This document shows, piece by piece, positions 46,077 to 55,796 of a stretch of DNA of 64,000 nucleotides. A program made the translations under genes and the position numbers. The first letter of the stretch is position 1. Every line of letters begins with the position of its first letter. This DNA is from an uncultured Tabrizicola sp. (GTDB lineage: Bacteria; Pseudomonadota; Alphaproteobacteria; Rhodobacterales; Rhodobacteraceae): assembly GCA_964393035.1 (NCBI GenBank), contig CAYMRX010000003.1, positions 212,846-276,845 of the forward strand. The letters run 5' to 3'. A model generated the notes under the pieces. It made no database searches. It was not told where the DNA came from and saw nothing but the letters and a program-made list of their open reading frames with translations.

Positions 46077-47384
46077 TCACTCGGTCGCCTCGACACCCAC
46101 AGGTTCGCCCACCACCACAAAGGACAGGTTTTCGGGCTTCAACAGCCCTTTGGCGACGCGCGAGATATCGTCCATCGTCACAGCGTTCACCTTGTCATTG
46201 CGGGTTTTCGGATAATCCGCGGGCAGGCCCAGCATCTGCATCCCGACCAGAATACTGGCAATCTGGCCATTGCCATCAAAGCGCAGGGGATAAGCGCCGG
46301 TCATATAGGTCTTGGCGGTGGCCAGTTCTTCCTCGGTCACGCCCTCGGCCGCCATCTTGGCCCATTCCTCGCGCACGACCTTGATCGCCTCGACCACCTT
46401 GTCGTTGGACGCCTGAAACTGCCCGACCCATTCAGCCGACAGGTCACGGCTGGCTAGCCCCGTGCCGATACCATAGGTCAGCCCGCGCTTTTCACGCACC
46501 TCTTGCATCAGCCGGGCCGAAAAACGCCCACCACCCAGAATGTCGTTCAAGAGGCTGGCGGCAAAGAAATCCGGGTCGTCAAAGGCGATACCGCCATGGC
46601 CGAACAGCACCACAGATTGCGGGCCGGGGAAAGATTGCAGCAGAACGCCGGGCTTTTCATTCAGCACCGCCTTGGACGGCATCGGCCAACCAGCATCGGG
46701 CAGGCCCGCCAAAAGCTGATCCAGCAACAGCCCCAATTCTTCGGCCGAAATATCGCCCGCCGCCGCAACATAGATGCGGTCCCGCGCCATCGCCCCTTGC
46801 CATGCCGCCACCACATCATCGCGCGTCAGGGCGGTGACACTGTCAATCGTGCCATCACCGGATGACCCATAGGGATGCGCCCCATAGGCCCGCACGCGGG
46901 ACAGCTTGGCGGCAATGGCCGACGGGTCTTGCTCCTCGGCGCGCAGGCCCGCCAGAACCTGCCCCTTGACCCGCTCTACCGCGTCCTGATCGAAGCGCGG
47001 GGCGGTCAGGGCAAGGTGCAAAAGATCCACCGCAGCATCGCGGTTTTCGGTCAGCGTCTGCATCGAGACGGAAATCTCATCCGCCCCCGCACCAAAGCCG
47101 ATCTGTGCCGCAAGCCCGTCACGCGCCATGGCAAAGCCCTGCGCGTCCATCTCGCCCGCGCCTTCCTCCAGCGTGGCGGCCATCAGGTTGATCGCACCGC
47201 GCTTGCCGGGCTGGTCCAGCGATGTGCCGCCGCGAAAGCGCAACTCCAGCGCCATGAAAGGGATGTTGTGATCTTCGACCAGCCAAGCCTTGATGCCACC
47301 GGGCGAGGTGACCTCCTGAATGGCAATCTCTGCCCGCAAGGGGGTGGCCATCGCCAGCAGGAAAAGCGCGATACGCAGGATCAT
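46077..47384 (-). CDS. M16-family peptidase-like protein, non-catalytic partner (no HxxEH)
   Basis: 435 aa with a signal peptide and the M16 fold pattern, but no zinc-binding HxxEH. ATGA-coupled to the upstream M16 gene. Confidence 0.85.
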   Translation of the reverse strand: MILRIALFLLAMATPLRAEIAIQEVTSPGGIKAWLVEDHNIPFMALELRFRGGTSLDQPGKRGAINLMAATLEEGAGEMDAQGFAMARDGLAAQIGFGAGADEISVSMQTLTENRDAAVDLLHLALTAPRFDQDAVERVKGQVLAGLRAEEQDPSAIAAKLSRVRAYGAHPYGSSGDGTIDSVTALTRDDVVAAWQGAMARDRIYVAAAGDISAEELGLLLDQLLAGLPDAGWPMPSKAVLNEKPGVLLQSFPGPQSVVLFGHGGIAFDDPDFFAASLLNDILGGGRFSARLMQEVREKRGLTYGIGTGLASRDLSAEWVGQFQASNDKVVEAIKVVREEWAKMAAEGVTEEELATAKTYMTGAYPLRFDGNGQIASILVGMQMLGLPADYPKTRNDKVNAVTMDDISRVAKGLLKPENLSFVVVGEPVGVEATE

Positions 47385-48724
47385 TCCTTGGCCTCCTTCT
47401 CGGGGACGGGGGCTTGCAGCCAGCCGGTGACAGCGCGTTTGCGGTCAAAAACCTCGGTCGCGGCGGCCATGACGTCTTCGGCGGTGACGGCTTGCAGAAT
47501 ATCCGGCCAATCCTGCACATCCTTGACCGTCAATCCGATGGCCAGCGCCTGCCCATACATGTTCGCCATCCCTTCGGCATTGTCGCGGCCATAGATGGTC
47601 GAGGCGCGGACCTGCGTCTTGATGCGCGCCAGTTCCTCGGCGTTCACCCCGTCTTTCAGAAAACCCGCAATCACCTCATCCAAGGCGGCTTCGGCATCGG
47701 CCAAGGCCACGCCCGGCACCGGCATGACATAGACGCCAAAGGTATCAGGATCGACCGAGGTGCCATCATAAAAGGCCGCCGACCATGTCGCCACACCGCG
47801 CTTGAACTGCAATTCGCGGGCAAAGACAGAGGTTGTCGGATTGCCCCCCAAAAGCTCTGCCAGCAGGGTCAGGGCGGCGGCTTTGCGCTGGTCGCCGGGG
47901 TTGCGCTCGGCGGCCAGATAGCTGCGGATGACATAGGGCTCCGACACACGGCTGTCTTCCAGCACGATGCGGCGCTCGGCCAGTTGCGGCGGCTCCACCG
48001 GGCGGATACGGGGCAGGATATCGGCGGAGGGTTCCAGCGGCCCATAATGGGTTTCCGCCAGTTTCAGCGCCTGATCGGGCGTCACATCGCCCGCAACCAC
48101 GACAATCGCGTTGTTGGGCGCATAATTGGCCTTGTAAAAGGCCAACGCATCTTCGCGGGTCAGCGCCTTGATCTCGTGCAGCCAGCCGATCACCGGGCGG
48201 CCATAGGGATGGTTCATGTATTGCGCCGCCGCCATCTGCTCATTGAGCAAGGCGCCGGGGTCGCTGTCGGTGCGCTGACCGCGTTCCTCGACAATGACCT
48301 GCCGTTCGGTCACCACATCGTCTTCCGAAAGCGTCAGATCACGCATGCGGTCGGCTTCCATCTGCATCATCAGACCCAGACGATCCGAGGCAACCCTTTG
48401 GAAATAGGCGGTATAATCCAAACTGGTAAAGGCGTTGTCATTGCCGCCCTGCGCCTCGACCGTGGCGGAAAACTCCCCCGGCGCCAGATCATCGGTGCCT
48501 TGAAACATCAGATGTTCAAAGAAATGCGCAATGCCGGAATGGCCCGGCGCCTCATCCGCCGCGCCGATGCGATACCAGACCATCTGCGTCACCACCGGCG
48601 CGCGGTGATCTTCGATCACCACCAGTTCCATCCCGTTTTTCAGCGCAAAGGTCGTGACATCATCCGCATAAAGCGGCGCGGCCGCTGCCAGTCCAAAGGA
48701 CAACGCCATCAGGGGCAGACGCAT
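47381..48724 (-). CDS. M16-family zinc metallopeptidase (pitrilysin type)
   Basis: Start at the internal ATG (MRLPLMALSFGLAAAAPLYA) with a GGAG RBS. Zinc motif HFFEHLMFQG. Confidence 0.87.
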   Translation of the reverse strand: MRLPLMALSFGLAAAAPLYADDVTTFALKNGMELVVIEDHRAPVVTQMVWYRIGAADEAPGHSGIAHFFEHLMFQGTDDLAPGEFSATVEAQGGNDNAFTSLDYTAYFQRVASDRLGLMMQMEADRMRDLTLSEDDVVTERQVIVEERGQRTDSDPGALLNEQMAAAQYMNHPYGRPVIGWLHEIKALTREDALAFYKANYAPNNAIVVVAGDVTPDQALKLAETHYGPLEPSADILPRIRPVEPPQLAERRIVLEDSRVSEPYVIRSYLAAERNPGDQRKAAALTLLAELLGGNPTTSVFARELQFKRGVATWSAAFYDGTSVDPDTFGVYVMPVPGVALADAEAALDEVIAGFLKDGVNAEELARIKTQVRASTIYGRDNAEGMANMYGQALAIGLTVKDVQDWPDILQAVTAEDVMAAATEVFDRKRAVTGWLQAPVPEKEAKE

Positions 48725-48819
48725 CGGGAAAACTCCGGCAAGGGCATGTGGCAAAGATTTAGGCGAGGCAGGTCATCTGCGAAAGCCCGCTTGCGAGAAT
48801 GTGATGCGGTGTCAGCGCC

Positions 48820-49362
48820 TTAGCGCTCGCTCGCCTTGCGGGGTGGGGCCGAAGGCGTGCCTGCGCCCACCGCGCGCCAGCGTTCAAGCTCGGCCTGCTG
48901 GTCCAGCGATTGCTTGCGATAGGCGCGATAATAGACGTTCACACCGAACAGACGTTCCAACAAACGGCCATTGTTCTTGCGGCGGTATTTGATGTCTTCT
49001 TCTGCCAACGTCGGACGGATATCGGCCGCAACACCGCCGCGTCCGGCATAGGCCAACAGCGCGCCATCGGATGCCGGCACGGCCGCACTGGCCACGCGCG
49101 CAGTACCGCCCAAGGCGATCGCAGCGTCATCCTTGGGCCGCTGATCGGTGCGATTTTCGCCACCCGGTGTCGGTTCAGGCAACAGCGCCAGATCTTCCGG
49201 CATTTCCAGCGGTTTGGGCGGAACGATCGAAAATTCATCCGGCCCGTTGGTTGACGATCGCAGGTTCATCAACTGCGGCGGCTTGTCCCGCCAGCCGCCA
49301 CATCCGGCCAACACCAGCAGCGAAGCGCCCGCAAACGCGAGAACCAAACGTGCTGCCGTCAT
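48820..49362 (-). CDS. Lipoprotein, DUF3035-like
   Basis: Start at the internal ATG (MTAARLVLAFAGASLLVLAGC, a lipobox). Confidence 0.68.
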   Translation of the reverse strand: MTAARLVLAFAGASLLVLAGCGGWRDKPPQLMNLRSSTNGPDEFSIVPPKPLEMPEDLALLPEPTPGGENRTDQRPKDDAAIALGGTARVASAAVPASDGALLAYAGRGGVAADIRPTLAEEDIKYRRKNNGRLLERLFGVNVYYRAYRKQSLDQQAELERWRAVGAGTPSAPPRKASER

Positions 49363-49434
49363 GCCTGCCTCCTTTTTCCCCTGCGGGAGTTTCCACCTTC
49401 TAACCCAAAGCACATGGCGCGTCACGGGGTCATA

Positions 49435-49923
49435 TCACCCCTTGGGCGCCGCCTTGCCACTTTGACCCCTCCCGGTAAAGAGAACAAGTCCAACGGCCCC
49501 GACAAAGATGAAAACATCGGCGATATTGAAGGCATAGGGGTTTTCAATGCCACAACAGGACATGTTCAGAAAATCGGCGACATAGCCATAGGCCAGCCGG
49601 TCAATCACATTGCCCGCCGCTCCGCCAACCAAAAGCCCCGCCGAGATCATCGCCCAGCGGCCAAACTGTTCCTTCCGCGCCCAACGGATCACCCAAGCCG
49701 AAATGGCAACCGCCAACAGGATCAAAAGCCAGCGTGTCAGCTCGGAATCGCCCGACATGAGGCCAAAGTTCACACCCCGGTTTTCCGCCCAGCGAAAGTT
49801 CAGCACCGGGTCGATCACATCAATCTCAACCCGGTTCGGCAGGTCCAACAGATGAATCATGGCCAGCTTGGAGGCCTGATCGCCCCCCAAGGCGGCAAGC
49901 GCGGTCAGGGCAAGCGCACGCAT
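49435..49923 (-). CDS. lspA: Lipoprotein signal peptidase (signal peptidase II)
   Basis: 162 aa. Motifs NRGVNFG and FNIADVFI. Confidence 0.92.
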   Translation of the reverse strand: MRALALTALAALGGDQASKLAMIHLLDLPNRVEIDVIDPVLNFRWAENRGVNFGLMSGDSELTRWLLILLAVAISAWVIRWARKEQFGRWAMISAGLLVGGAAGNVIDRLAYGYVADFLNMSCCGIENPYAFNIADVFIFVGAVGLVLFTGRGQSGKAAPKG

Positions 49924-49927
49924 CGGA

Positions 49928-51529
49928 TCAGTGCCGGAAATGCCGCTGGCCGGTAAAGACCATCGCCAGCCCCGCCTTGTCGGCGGCCTCGATCACGGCG
50001 GCATCGTTCATGCTGCCGCCGGGCTGGATCAACGCGGTCGCCCCCGCTTCGGCTGCGGTCAACAGGCCGTCGGCAAAGGGAAAGAAGGCATCCGACGCCA
50101 CGACCGAGCCAATGGTGGGTGACGCCGCCAGCCCCAGCACCTCGGCCATGTCCTGCGCCTTGCGCGCGGCAATCCGGGTTGAATCCACACGGCTCATCTG
50201 GCCCGCCCCCACACCCACGGTCGCGCCATCCTTGACATAAACGATGGCGTTCGACTTCACATGCTTGGCAACTTTCCACGCAAACAGCAGATCCGCAAGT
50301 TCGGCTTCGGTCGGTGCGCGCTTTGTCACCACTTTCAGATCGGCGGCGGTGATGCTGTCCACATCGCCGTCTTGCACCAAAAATCCGCCCGCCACCTGAC
50401 GGAACGACAGCCCGCCCTTTTTCGCATCGGGCAAACCAGCGGTGGTCAGCAGGCGCAGGTTCTTCTTGGCAGCAAAGATCGCCCTGGCCTCATCACTCGC
50501 CCCCGGCGCAATCACAACCTCGGTGAAGATCTTGACGATCTCCTCCGCCGTCGCCGCGTCCAAAGGCTGGTTCAACGCCACGATCCCGCCAAAGGCCGAG
50601 GTCTGATCGCACTGATAAGCGCGCTGATATGCCTCGATTAGGCTTGCGCCCTTGCCCACCCCACAGGGGTTGGCGTGCTTGATGATGGCGCAGGCCGGAC
50701 CTTGGCCTGCAAACTCGGCCACCAGTTCAAAAGCCGCGTCGGTGTCGTTGATGTTGTTGTAGGAGAGTTCCTTACCCTGCCACTGCCTGGCGGTCGAAAC
50801 CCCCTCGCGCTTCGTCCCATCGGTGTAGAACGCCGCCCCCTGATGCGGGTTTTCGCCATAACGCAGGGGTTGGGCCAGCTTGCCCGCGAAAGACCGATAG
50901 CGCGGCGCGGTGTCTTTCAACTCGCCCGCCAACCAAGTGGACACGGCGGTGTCATAGGCGGCGGTGCGGGAATAGGCGGTCAGCGCCAGTTTCTGCCGGA
51001 AGGCGAGCGTCGTCGCGCCATCATTGGCCTTCATCTGGTCGATCAACTGCGCGTAATCGCAAGGGTCGGTCACGACCGTGACAAACTTGTGGTTCTTGGC
51101 CGCCGCGCGGATCATCGCCGGACCGCCGATATCAATATTCTCGATGCAAGTGGCGTGATCGGCGCCCTTGGCCACGGTTTCTTCAAACGGGTAAAGGTTG
51201 ACGATCAACAGGTCGATCGGGTCAATCCCATGCGCGGCCATGGCCAACAGGTGTTCGTCATCATCTCGCAGCGCCAAAAGCCCGCCATGCACATTCGGGT
51301 GCAGCGTCTTGACGCGACCATCCATCATCTCGGGAAAACCCGTGATCTCTGACACATCGCGCACCGCCAGCCCTGCGGTCCGCAGCATGTTCGACGTGCC
51401 CCCGGTGGACACCAACTCCACCCCCATGGCCGACAACACGCGGGCAAGGTCCAAAAGCCCGGTCTTGTCGGAAACGGAAATCAATGCGCGTCCGACATAG
51501 ACATGATCGGTGGCGACGGGATGGGTCAT
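49928..51529 (-). CDS. purH: Bifunctional AICAR transformylase / IMP cyclohydrolase
   Basis: 533 aa with full-length PurH pattern ([11 protein letters not shown]..., KTLHP.VHGG...). Confidence 0.96.
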   Translation of the reverse strand: MTHPVATDHVYVGRALISVSDKTGLLDLARVLSAMGVELVSTGGTSNMLRTAGLAVRDVSEITGFPEMMDGRVKTLHPNVHGGLLALRDDDEHLLAMAAHGIDPIDLLIVNLYPFEETVAKGADHATCIENIDIGGPAMIRAAAKNHKFVTVVTDPCDYAQLIDQMKANDGATTLAFRQKLALTAYSRTAAYDTAVSTWLAGELKDTAPRYRSFAGKLAQPLRYGENPHQGAAFYTDGTKREGVSTARQWQGKELSYNNINDTDAAFELVAEFAGQGPACAIIKHANPCGVGKGASLIEAYQRAYQCDQTSAFGGIVALNQPLDAATAEEIVKIFTEVVIAPGASDEARAIFAAKKNLRLLTTAGLPDAKKGGLSFRQVAGGFLVQDGDVDSITAADLKVVTKRAPTEAELADLLFAWKVAKHVKSNAIVYVKDGATVGVGAGQMSRVDSTRIAARKAQDMAEVLGLAASPTIGSVVASDAFFPFADGLLTAAEAGATALIQPGGSMNDAAVIEAADKAGLAMVFTGQRHFRH

Positions 51530-51553
51530 GGCAGCCTCACCTCTTGGGGGACA

Positions 51554-53284
51554 TCACAGGGGAACAGGCATCTCCCCAAGGTCCAGATCGCGGATGGCCA
51601 GCGGAGTATCCTGTGCCTTGGCCAAGGTCCAGCCCAGAGGCGTTTCAATCTCCATCGCGCGCCCCGAAAGCACGATCTGAAGCGCCGGTCGCGGCCGCAG
51701 GCGGCCCTTTTGCAGATAGACCGATGGTTCCAACGACAGGCTTGCCTCCGAATTGTGCCGAAACACCCAGATCTCGCCACTTTTCAAGACAATCGAAACC
51801 GCCGTGCCGCCCATGTCCAGCGTGGCATCCGCATCAGGATGCAGATGAAAGCGCAAGGCATAGCCGACACCCGACAGACGGCCTTCGGTCATCAACCGCT
51901 CGAATCGGGCCTTTTGGGCCGGGGTGGCGGCGATCAGATTATCCTGCCCGCTCAGACGACGGCCATCGGTCGACAGGGTCAAGGTGCGCAGATGCGACAG
52001 GCCATGCGTGCGCGCCCAACCGTCATGGCTGGCCGAAAAGAACGGCCCCCCCTCGCCCGCGCCAAGCCGCAGATGATGCACTTCGGCCAGATCTGACAGG
52101 GCATCTGACCCCGGCTTGAATCGCGATGAGGAAAACCCATCCACCGCCAGCGTCGAATGGCTGGGGGTGGCACGGCCGGCCAGCCGCCATTCCGGCCCAA
52201 ACGGCGCACCCGATCCGCAGGACACGATCAACGGCCGTCGCCCCGAGGTCAGCTCGAATGCCAGCGTCGAGGCATGGGCCGATATTCCCGCCCGCCCCTC
52301 CGGCGGCGCTGCCGCATCGATGACAACACTGGTACGCCCGCCTTGCAAACGGGCAAAACCCATCGCCAGACCCTGCCCGCCGGTTGCGCCCGGCTTCACC
52401 CCCGCCGCAGCCAGCGCCTGCTCCAGCCGCCCTTCGGCCCCGCGACCGCCCGCGTGAAACCGGGCCAGACCGCCATCGGCATGGCGCAACACCCGCAAGG
52501 TCGGGGCAATTTTCTCGATCGCATGAACCAGCGCTTCCGGCGCGATTTGCCCCGCCTCGGACAGCGCGCGCTCGGCCCAGATCAACAAGGTAAAGACGTC
52601 CAGCAACTCCTCGGGATTGCGCGTTGGAATCCCCCCGCGTCGATCCACCTCACGCCCACATTCCGCCGCCAGCGCCGCAACCGCCGGCGCGACCAGCTTT
52701 TCCATCCCGGTCAGCGCCAGCCCGGCCACCACCAACCCGGACAGGGCCTCAAACCGCGGTCGGCCGGGGGCCGCCTGCTTCCAGCGCCAGGATAAAAACA
52801 CCGTCTGCGCCGTGACTTGCGCGAAATAGGTCTCTGATTGCGCCTTGTCGCATCCATTGAGCAAAAACAGCGCGTGGTTGATCCAGCGGATCAACCGTCG
52901 CCCGGTCAGATCGGGCGACCATCCCGGCCCGCGCCCGACACCATAGCGCGCGATCCAGTCCCAAACCCAATCCTGCGCCCGCTTTCGCGCTGGCCCGTCG
53001 CCCACCGCCGCCAGATCATCCAGCCAGACAAAGCCATGCACATCATCCGCCTGCCCCGGGTCCGGCTGCGCAATCTCCCACAGGCTTTGGCCCTTCAACT
53101 CCACCAATTGCCCGCCGAACAACACATTCCCGGCAATCAACTGCCGCCCGCGCGCATAAAGCCCCATCGAGCGTGGCTCGGGCTGCGATACGAACCCGCT
53201 TGCCGCCTGCGCCTTCAACGCACGCGCCACGGTCCAGCGATTGCCAAAACTGCCTTTCGCGGCCGGGATCGTCCAGAATGTCAT
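51554..53284 (-). CDS. Heparinase II/III-family protein
   Basis: 576 aa. Recognised from overall family resemblance and its usual position next to purH in alphaproteobacteria. No catalytic claim made. Confidence 0.72.
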   Translation of the reverse strand: MTFWTIPAAKGSFGNRWTVARALKAQAASGFVSQPEPRSMGLYARGRQLIAGNVLFGGQLVELKGQSLWEIAQPDPGQADDVHGFVWLDDLAAVGDGPARKRAQDWVWDWIARYGVGRGPGWSPDLTGRRLIRWINHALFLLNGCDKAQSETYFAQVTAQTVFLSWRWKQAAPGRPRFEALSGLVVAGLALTGMEKLVAPAVAALAAECGREVDRRGGIPTRNPEELLDVFTLLIWAERALSEAGQIAPEALVHAIEKIAPTLRVLRHADGGLARFHAGGRGAEGRLEQALAAAGVKPGATGGQGLAMGFARLQGGRTSVVIDAAAPPEGRAGISAHASTLAFELTSGRRPLIVSCGSGAPFGPEWRLAGRATPSHSTLAVDGFSSSRFKPGSDALSDLAEVHHLRLGAGEGGPFFSASHDGWARTHGLSHLRTLTLSTDGRRLSGQDNLIAATPAQKARFERLMTEGRLSGVGYALRFHLHPDADATLDMGGTAVSIVLKSGEIWVFRHNSEASLSLEPSVYLQKGRLRPRPALQIVLSGRAMEIETPLGWTLAKAQDTPLAIRDLDLGEMPVPL

Positions 53285-53390
53285 GAAAATAAATGCTCTT
53301 GCCTGCCGCCCATGAACCAGAGCGCTTTCGGCACAGTCTAGCCAAATCGGCCCAACCTGTCACCCCAATGCCGGGCGCTTCGCAGCTTTA

Positions 53391-53440
53391 CCTTGGTAAA
53401 AATATCCCCGCCGGAGGCATCCGTCCCCAGACCGGGGTGA
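53391..53440. repeat. Intergenic REP-like element related to 40108-40156
   Basis: CTTGGTAAAAATATCCCC followed by GC-rich self-complementary segments (CCCCAGACCGGGG). Lies in the 193-nt spacer upstream of the heparinase-like gene. Confidence 0.3.
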
Positions 53441-53477
53441 CCGGGAGAAAGCCTGTTCCCCCGGTCCCAGACGCCGT

Positions 53478-54629
53478 TTAGGCCAGATGGTCGACGCGGG
53501 CCATATATTGCGCCAGATGCGTCACCTGACCCAAGAACTTCGCGATCAGCTTCGGATTATGCGGGGCGGCATGAACCCCCGCCGCAAACTCGCGCGCCAG
53601 CACCGATTCGATGGCCATCGACACCGGCACCGACACCAGCCGACCCATGGCAGACCCGCGCGCATCGCCCCAGGCATCCATCGCCCAAGTCTGGTCAAAG
53701 ACCGCGCGGCCGTCACGTTCCGCCTTCAGGCTGACAAACAGCACCACCCGGTCCGGCTCGCCCGGTGCGTAGGAGTTCTCGACCAAAAGCGCATCGGCCC
53801 GTGCGGTCAGCGCCGCGTTGATCTCGGCATCCGATTTGCCTTCCAGCCCCTCGATCTCTCGGAAGATCGGCGCCCAGGCCTCGGCCCAGCCGTTCAGACG
53901 GATCGTGCCGCGCACGAAATCACGCACCTTCCAGGCCTTATCGAACCGGTAATCCTCCATGAACGGATAGCTGTCGCGGTTCGGATAAACCTCAAAGCTT
54001 TCGGGCTGCGGCAAGGGCGCGTCATAGCGGGTGATCGCATCCCAAGGACGGTTCACGCGCAATTCGCTGAAATTCTTCAAGCTGCGTGAGGGCGAACGCA
54101 GCGCCTTCAAAACCCCCGCCGGCGCCCACGAGAATTTATAGCGGAACGGATTCGGGATCTTCGGCACGCCGCCGCAATAGGACACGAAGGACAGCACGTT
54201 ATCAACGTGATAAGCGGGAGAGGCGCGGTAAGCGGCCACCAGATCATGCGCCATCAGGTGGTCGATCCCGGGGTCAAGGCCAACTTCATTGACCGAAACC
54301 AGACCCTTGGCGCGGAATTCATCGTCCAGCGCCCGCATTTCCGGCGCGATATAGGAAGACGAGACAAAGTTCGCGCCTTTGGCAAGGCAGGCCTTGGCAA
54401 TCGACACATGCTGATCCGCCGGCAGCATCGACACGGCCACATCGCCCGGCTGCAAGGCAGCGGTCAGGGCCTCAAGGCTGTAGGCGCGGATGTCGCTTGT
54501 CAGATCGCCCATCACTTCGCGGGCTTTCTCGACGGTGCGGTTCCACACCACCACCTGCTGGCCACCCTCCAGCAAGCGCCGCAGACCCGGACCCGACGAC
54601 AGCCCCGTGCCGCACCAGTGAATCGTCAT
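53478..54629 (-). CDS. Saccharopine dehydrogenase/reductase family protein (LYS9-like)
   Basis: Start at the internal ATG (MTIHWCGTGLSSG). Rossmann N-terminus and Sacchrp_dh C-terminal pattern. Confidence 0.83.
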   Translation of the reverse strand: MTIHWCGTGLSSGPGLRRLLEGGQQVVVWNRTVEKAREVMGDLTSDIRAYSLEALTAALQPGDVAVSMLPADQHVSIAKACLAKGANFVSSSYIAPEMRALDDEFRAKGLVSVNEVGLDPGIDHLMAHDLVAAYRASPAYHVDNVLSFVSYCGGVPKIPNPFRYKFSWAPAGVLKALRSPSRSLKNFSELRVNRPWDAITRYDAPLPQPESFEVYPNRDSYPFMEDYRFDKAWKVRDFVRGTIRLNGWAEAWAPIFREIEGLEGKSDAEINAALTARADALLVENSYAPGEPDRVVLFVSLKAERDGRAVFDQTWAMDAWGDARGSAMGRLVSVPVSMAIESVLAREFAAGVHAAPHNPKLIAKFLGQVTHLAQYMARVDHLA

Positions 54630-54654
54630 TTTCTCTCTCCCAGACTGAGCGACC

Positions 54655-54697
54655 CGGAGTTTTGCAAAACTCCGAACCGATTTCTTGCAAGAAATCG
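54655..54697. promoter_or_regulatory. Two adjacent 20-nt perfect palindromes, both centred on TTGCAA
   Basis: CGGAGTTTTGCAAAACTCCG (54655-74) and CGATTTCTTGCAAGAAATCG (54678-97) lie in the 70-nt spacer between the two saccharopine dehydrogenase genes. Confidence 0.55.
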
Positions 54698-54699
54698 AC

Positions 54700-55752
54700 C
54701 TAGAGGCCGGATGTATGTTTGTCGAAATCCGCCTTCGCCCGACCCCAGACACCCGATGCCAGATCGGTCAGGGTCAAAAGGCTGGGCAAAAGCTGCGCGG
54801 CATAGTCGATGCTCGATTCCACCGGCATCAGCGACGGCAGGTTGTCGATGGCCGTGACATCCAGCGCCGGGTTTTCCGCAACCCGCAGCGCGGGCGCATC
54901 CCAATCGGTGGCTTGGTCATAGACCTTGATCGGCGAGAAATCCGAGGTCGGGTCACAGGCGATATCGCCGATCACCGTCAGCCTGCGTGCGGGGTCGGTC
55001 TTGGCACTGGCCGGAACGAACACCGGACAGCCGGGACGGGCGAGGATGCAGTTCAGGAATATCTCGTGCTGCAAGACTTCGGGGAACGGCCCGCCGCTGG
55101 CGGTTTCGGCCATGTCCCATTTGGTCACTTGCACGCCCATCGCCTCACACAGATCGGCCGCCCCGGTGCCAACCCGGCCATTGGCGCCGATGATGATGGC
55201 GCGCGGGCGCGTCAGGCCCGACAAGTCGGCGCCAAGTTCGGCCAGAAGCGCGTCTTTCGAGCCAACCTTCTTCACCGCGCCCGCAATACCGCCGCGCTGT
55301 TGCGCCGCCCAGCATTTCAGCGAAACCGCCGCACCCGCATAGCCAGCCCAATAGCCAAAAGCCGCGACGCGCCGCCCGGTGGCATCCACCAGATATTCCA
55401 GATCATAAAGCGCGCCGCCGCCCGCTTTGAAGCGTTTCAGCAGCACCTGCCCCGCCGGTTGGCCCTTGAAGGCATGGCCGAACATGATGTGGCGATGGGT
55501 CAGGGGCGTGCCATCCTCGGGCAATTCCTTCAACCCGAAGATGATCGCATCCGACGGCGCCTTGGGCCACAGGTTTTCCTCGGCAATCTCGCAACCCGCC
55601 GCGACATAACCATCCAGCGCAGTCGCCCGGACCGACGATTTTTCCACCGTCACGCGGATACCCGCCTTGACCAGTGCCGCCGCACCTTCCGGGGTCAGGC
55701 CCACGCGTTCCTCGTTCGGGCGCTGTTCGGCCCTTACCCAGAGATGAGTCAT
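54700..55752 (-). CDS. Saccharopine dehydrogenase, L-lysine-forming type (LYS1-like, AlaDH/PNT fold)
   Basis: Start at the internal ATG (MTHLWVRAEQRPNEERVGLTPEG), a typical LYS1-type N-terminus. Confidence 0.83.
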   Translation of the reverse strand: MTHLWVRAEQRPNEERVGLTPEGAAALVKAGIRVTVEKSSVRATALDGYVAAGCEIAEENLWPKAPSDAIIFGLKELPEDGTPLTHRHIMFGHAFKGQPAGQVLLKRFKAGGGALYDLEYLVDATGRRVAAFGYWAGYAGAAVSLKCWAAQQRGGIAGAVKKVGSKDALLAELGADLSGLTRPRAIIIGANGRVGTGAADLCEAMGVQVTKWDMAETASGGPFPEVLQHEIFLNCILARPGCPVFVPASAKTDPARRLTVIGDIACDPTSDFSPIKVYDQATDWDAPALRVAENPALDVTAIDNLPSLMPVESSIDYAAQLLPSLLTLTDLASGVWGRAKADFDKHTSGL

Positions 55753-55796
55753 TTTGTCCCCCGGCCTATGGTCATTTGCGCGGTGAGATACCAGAT

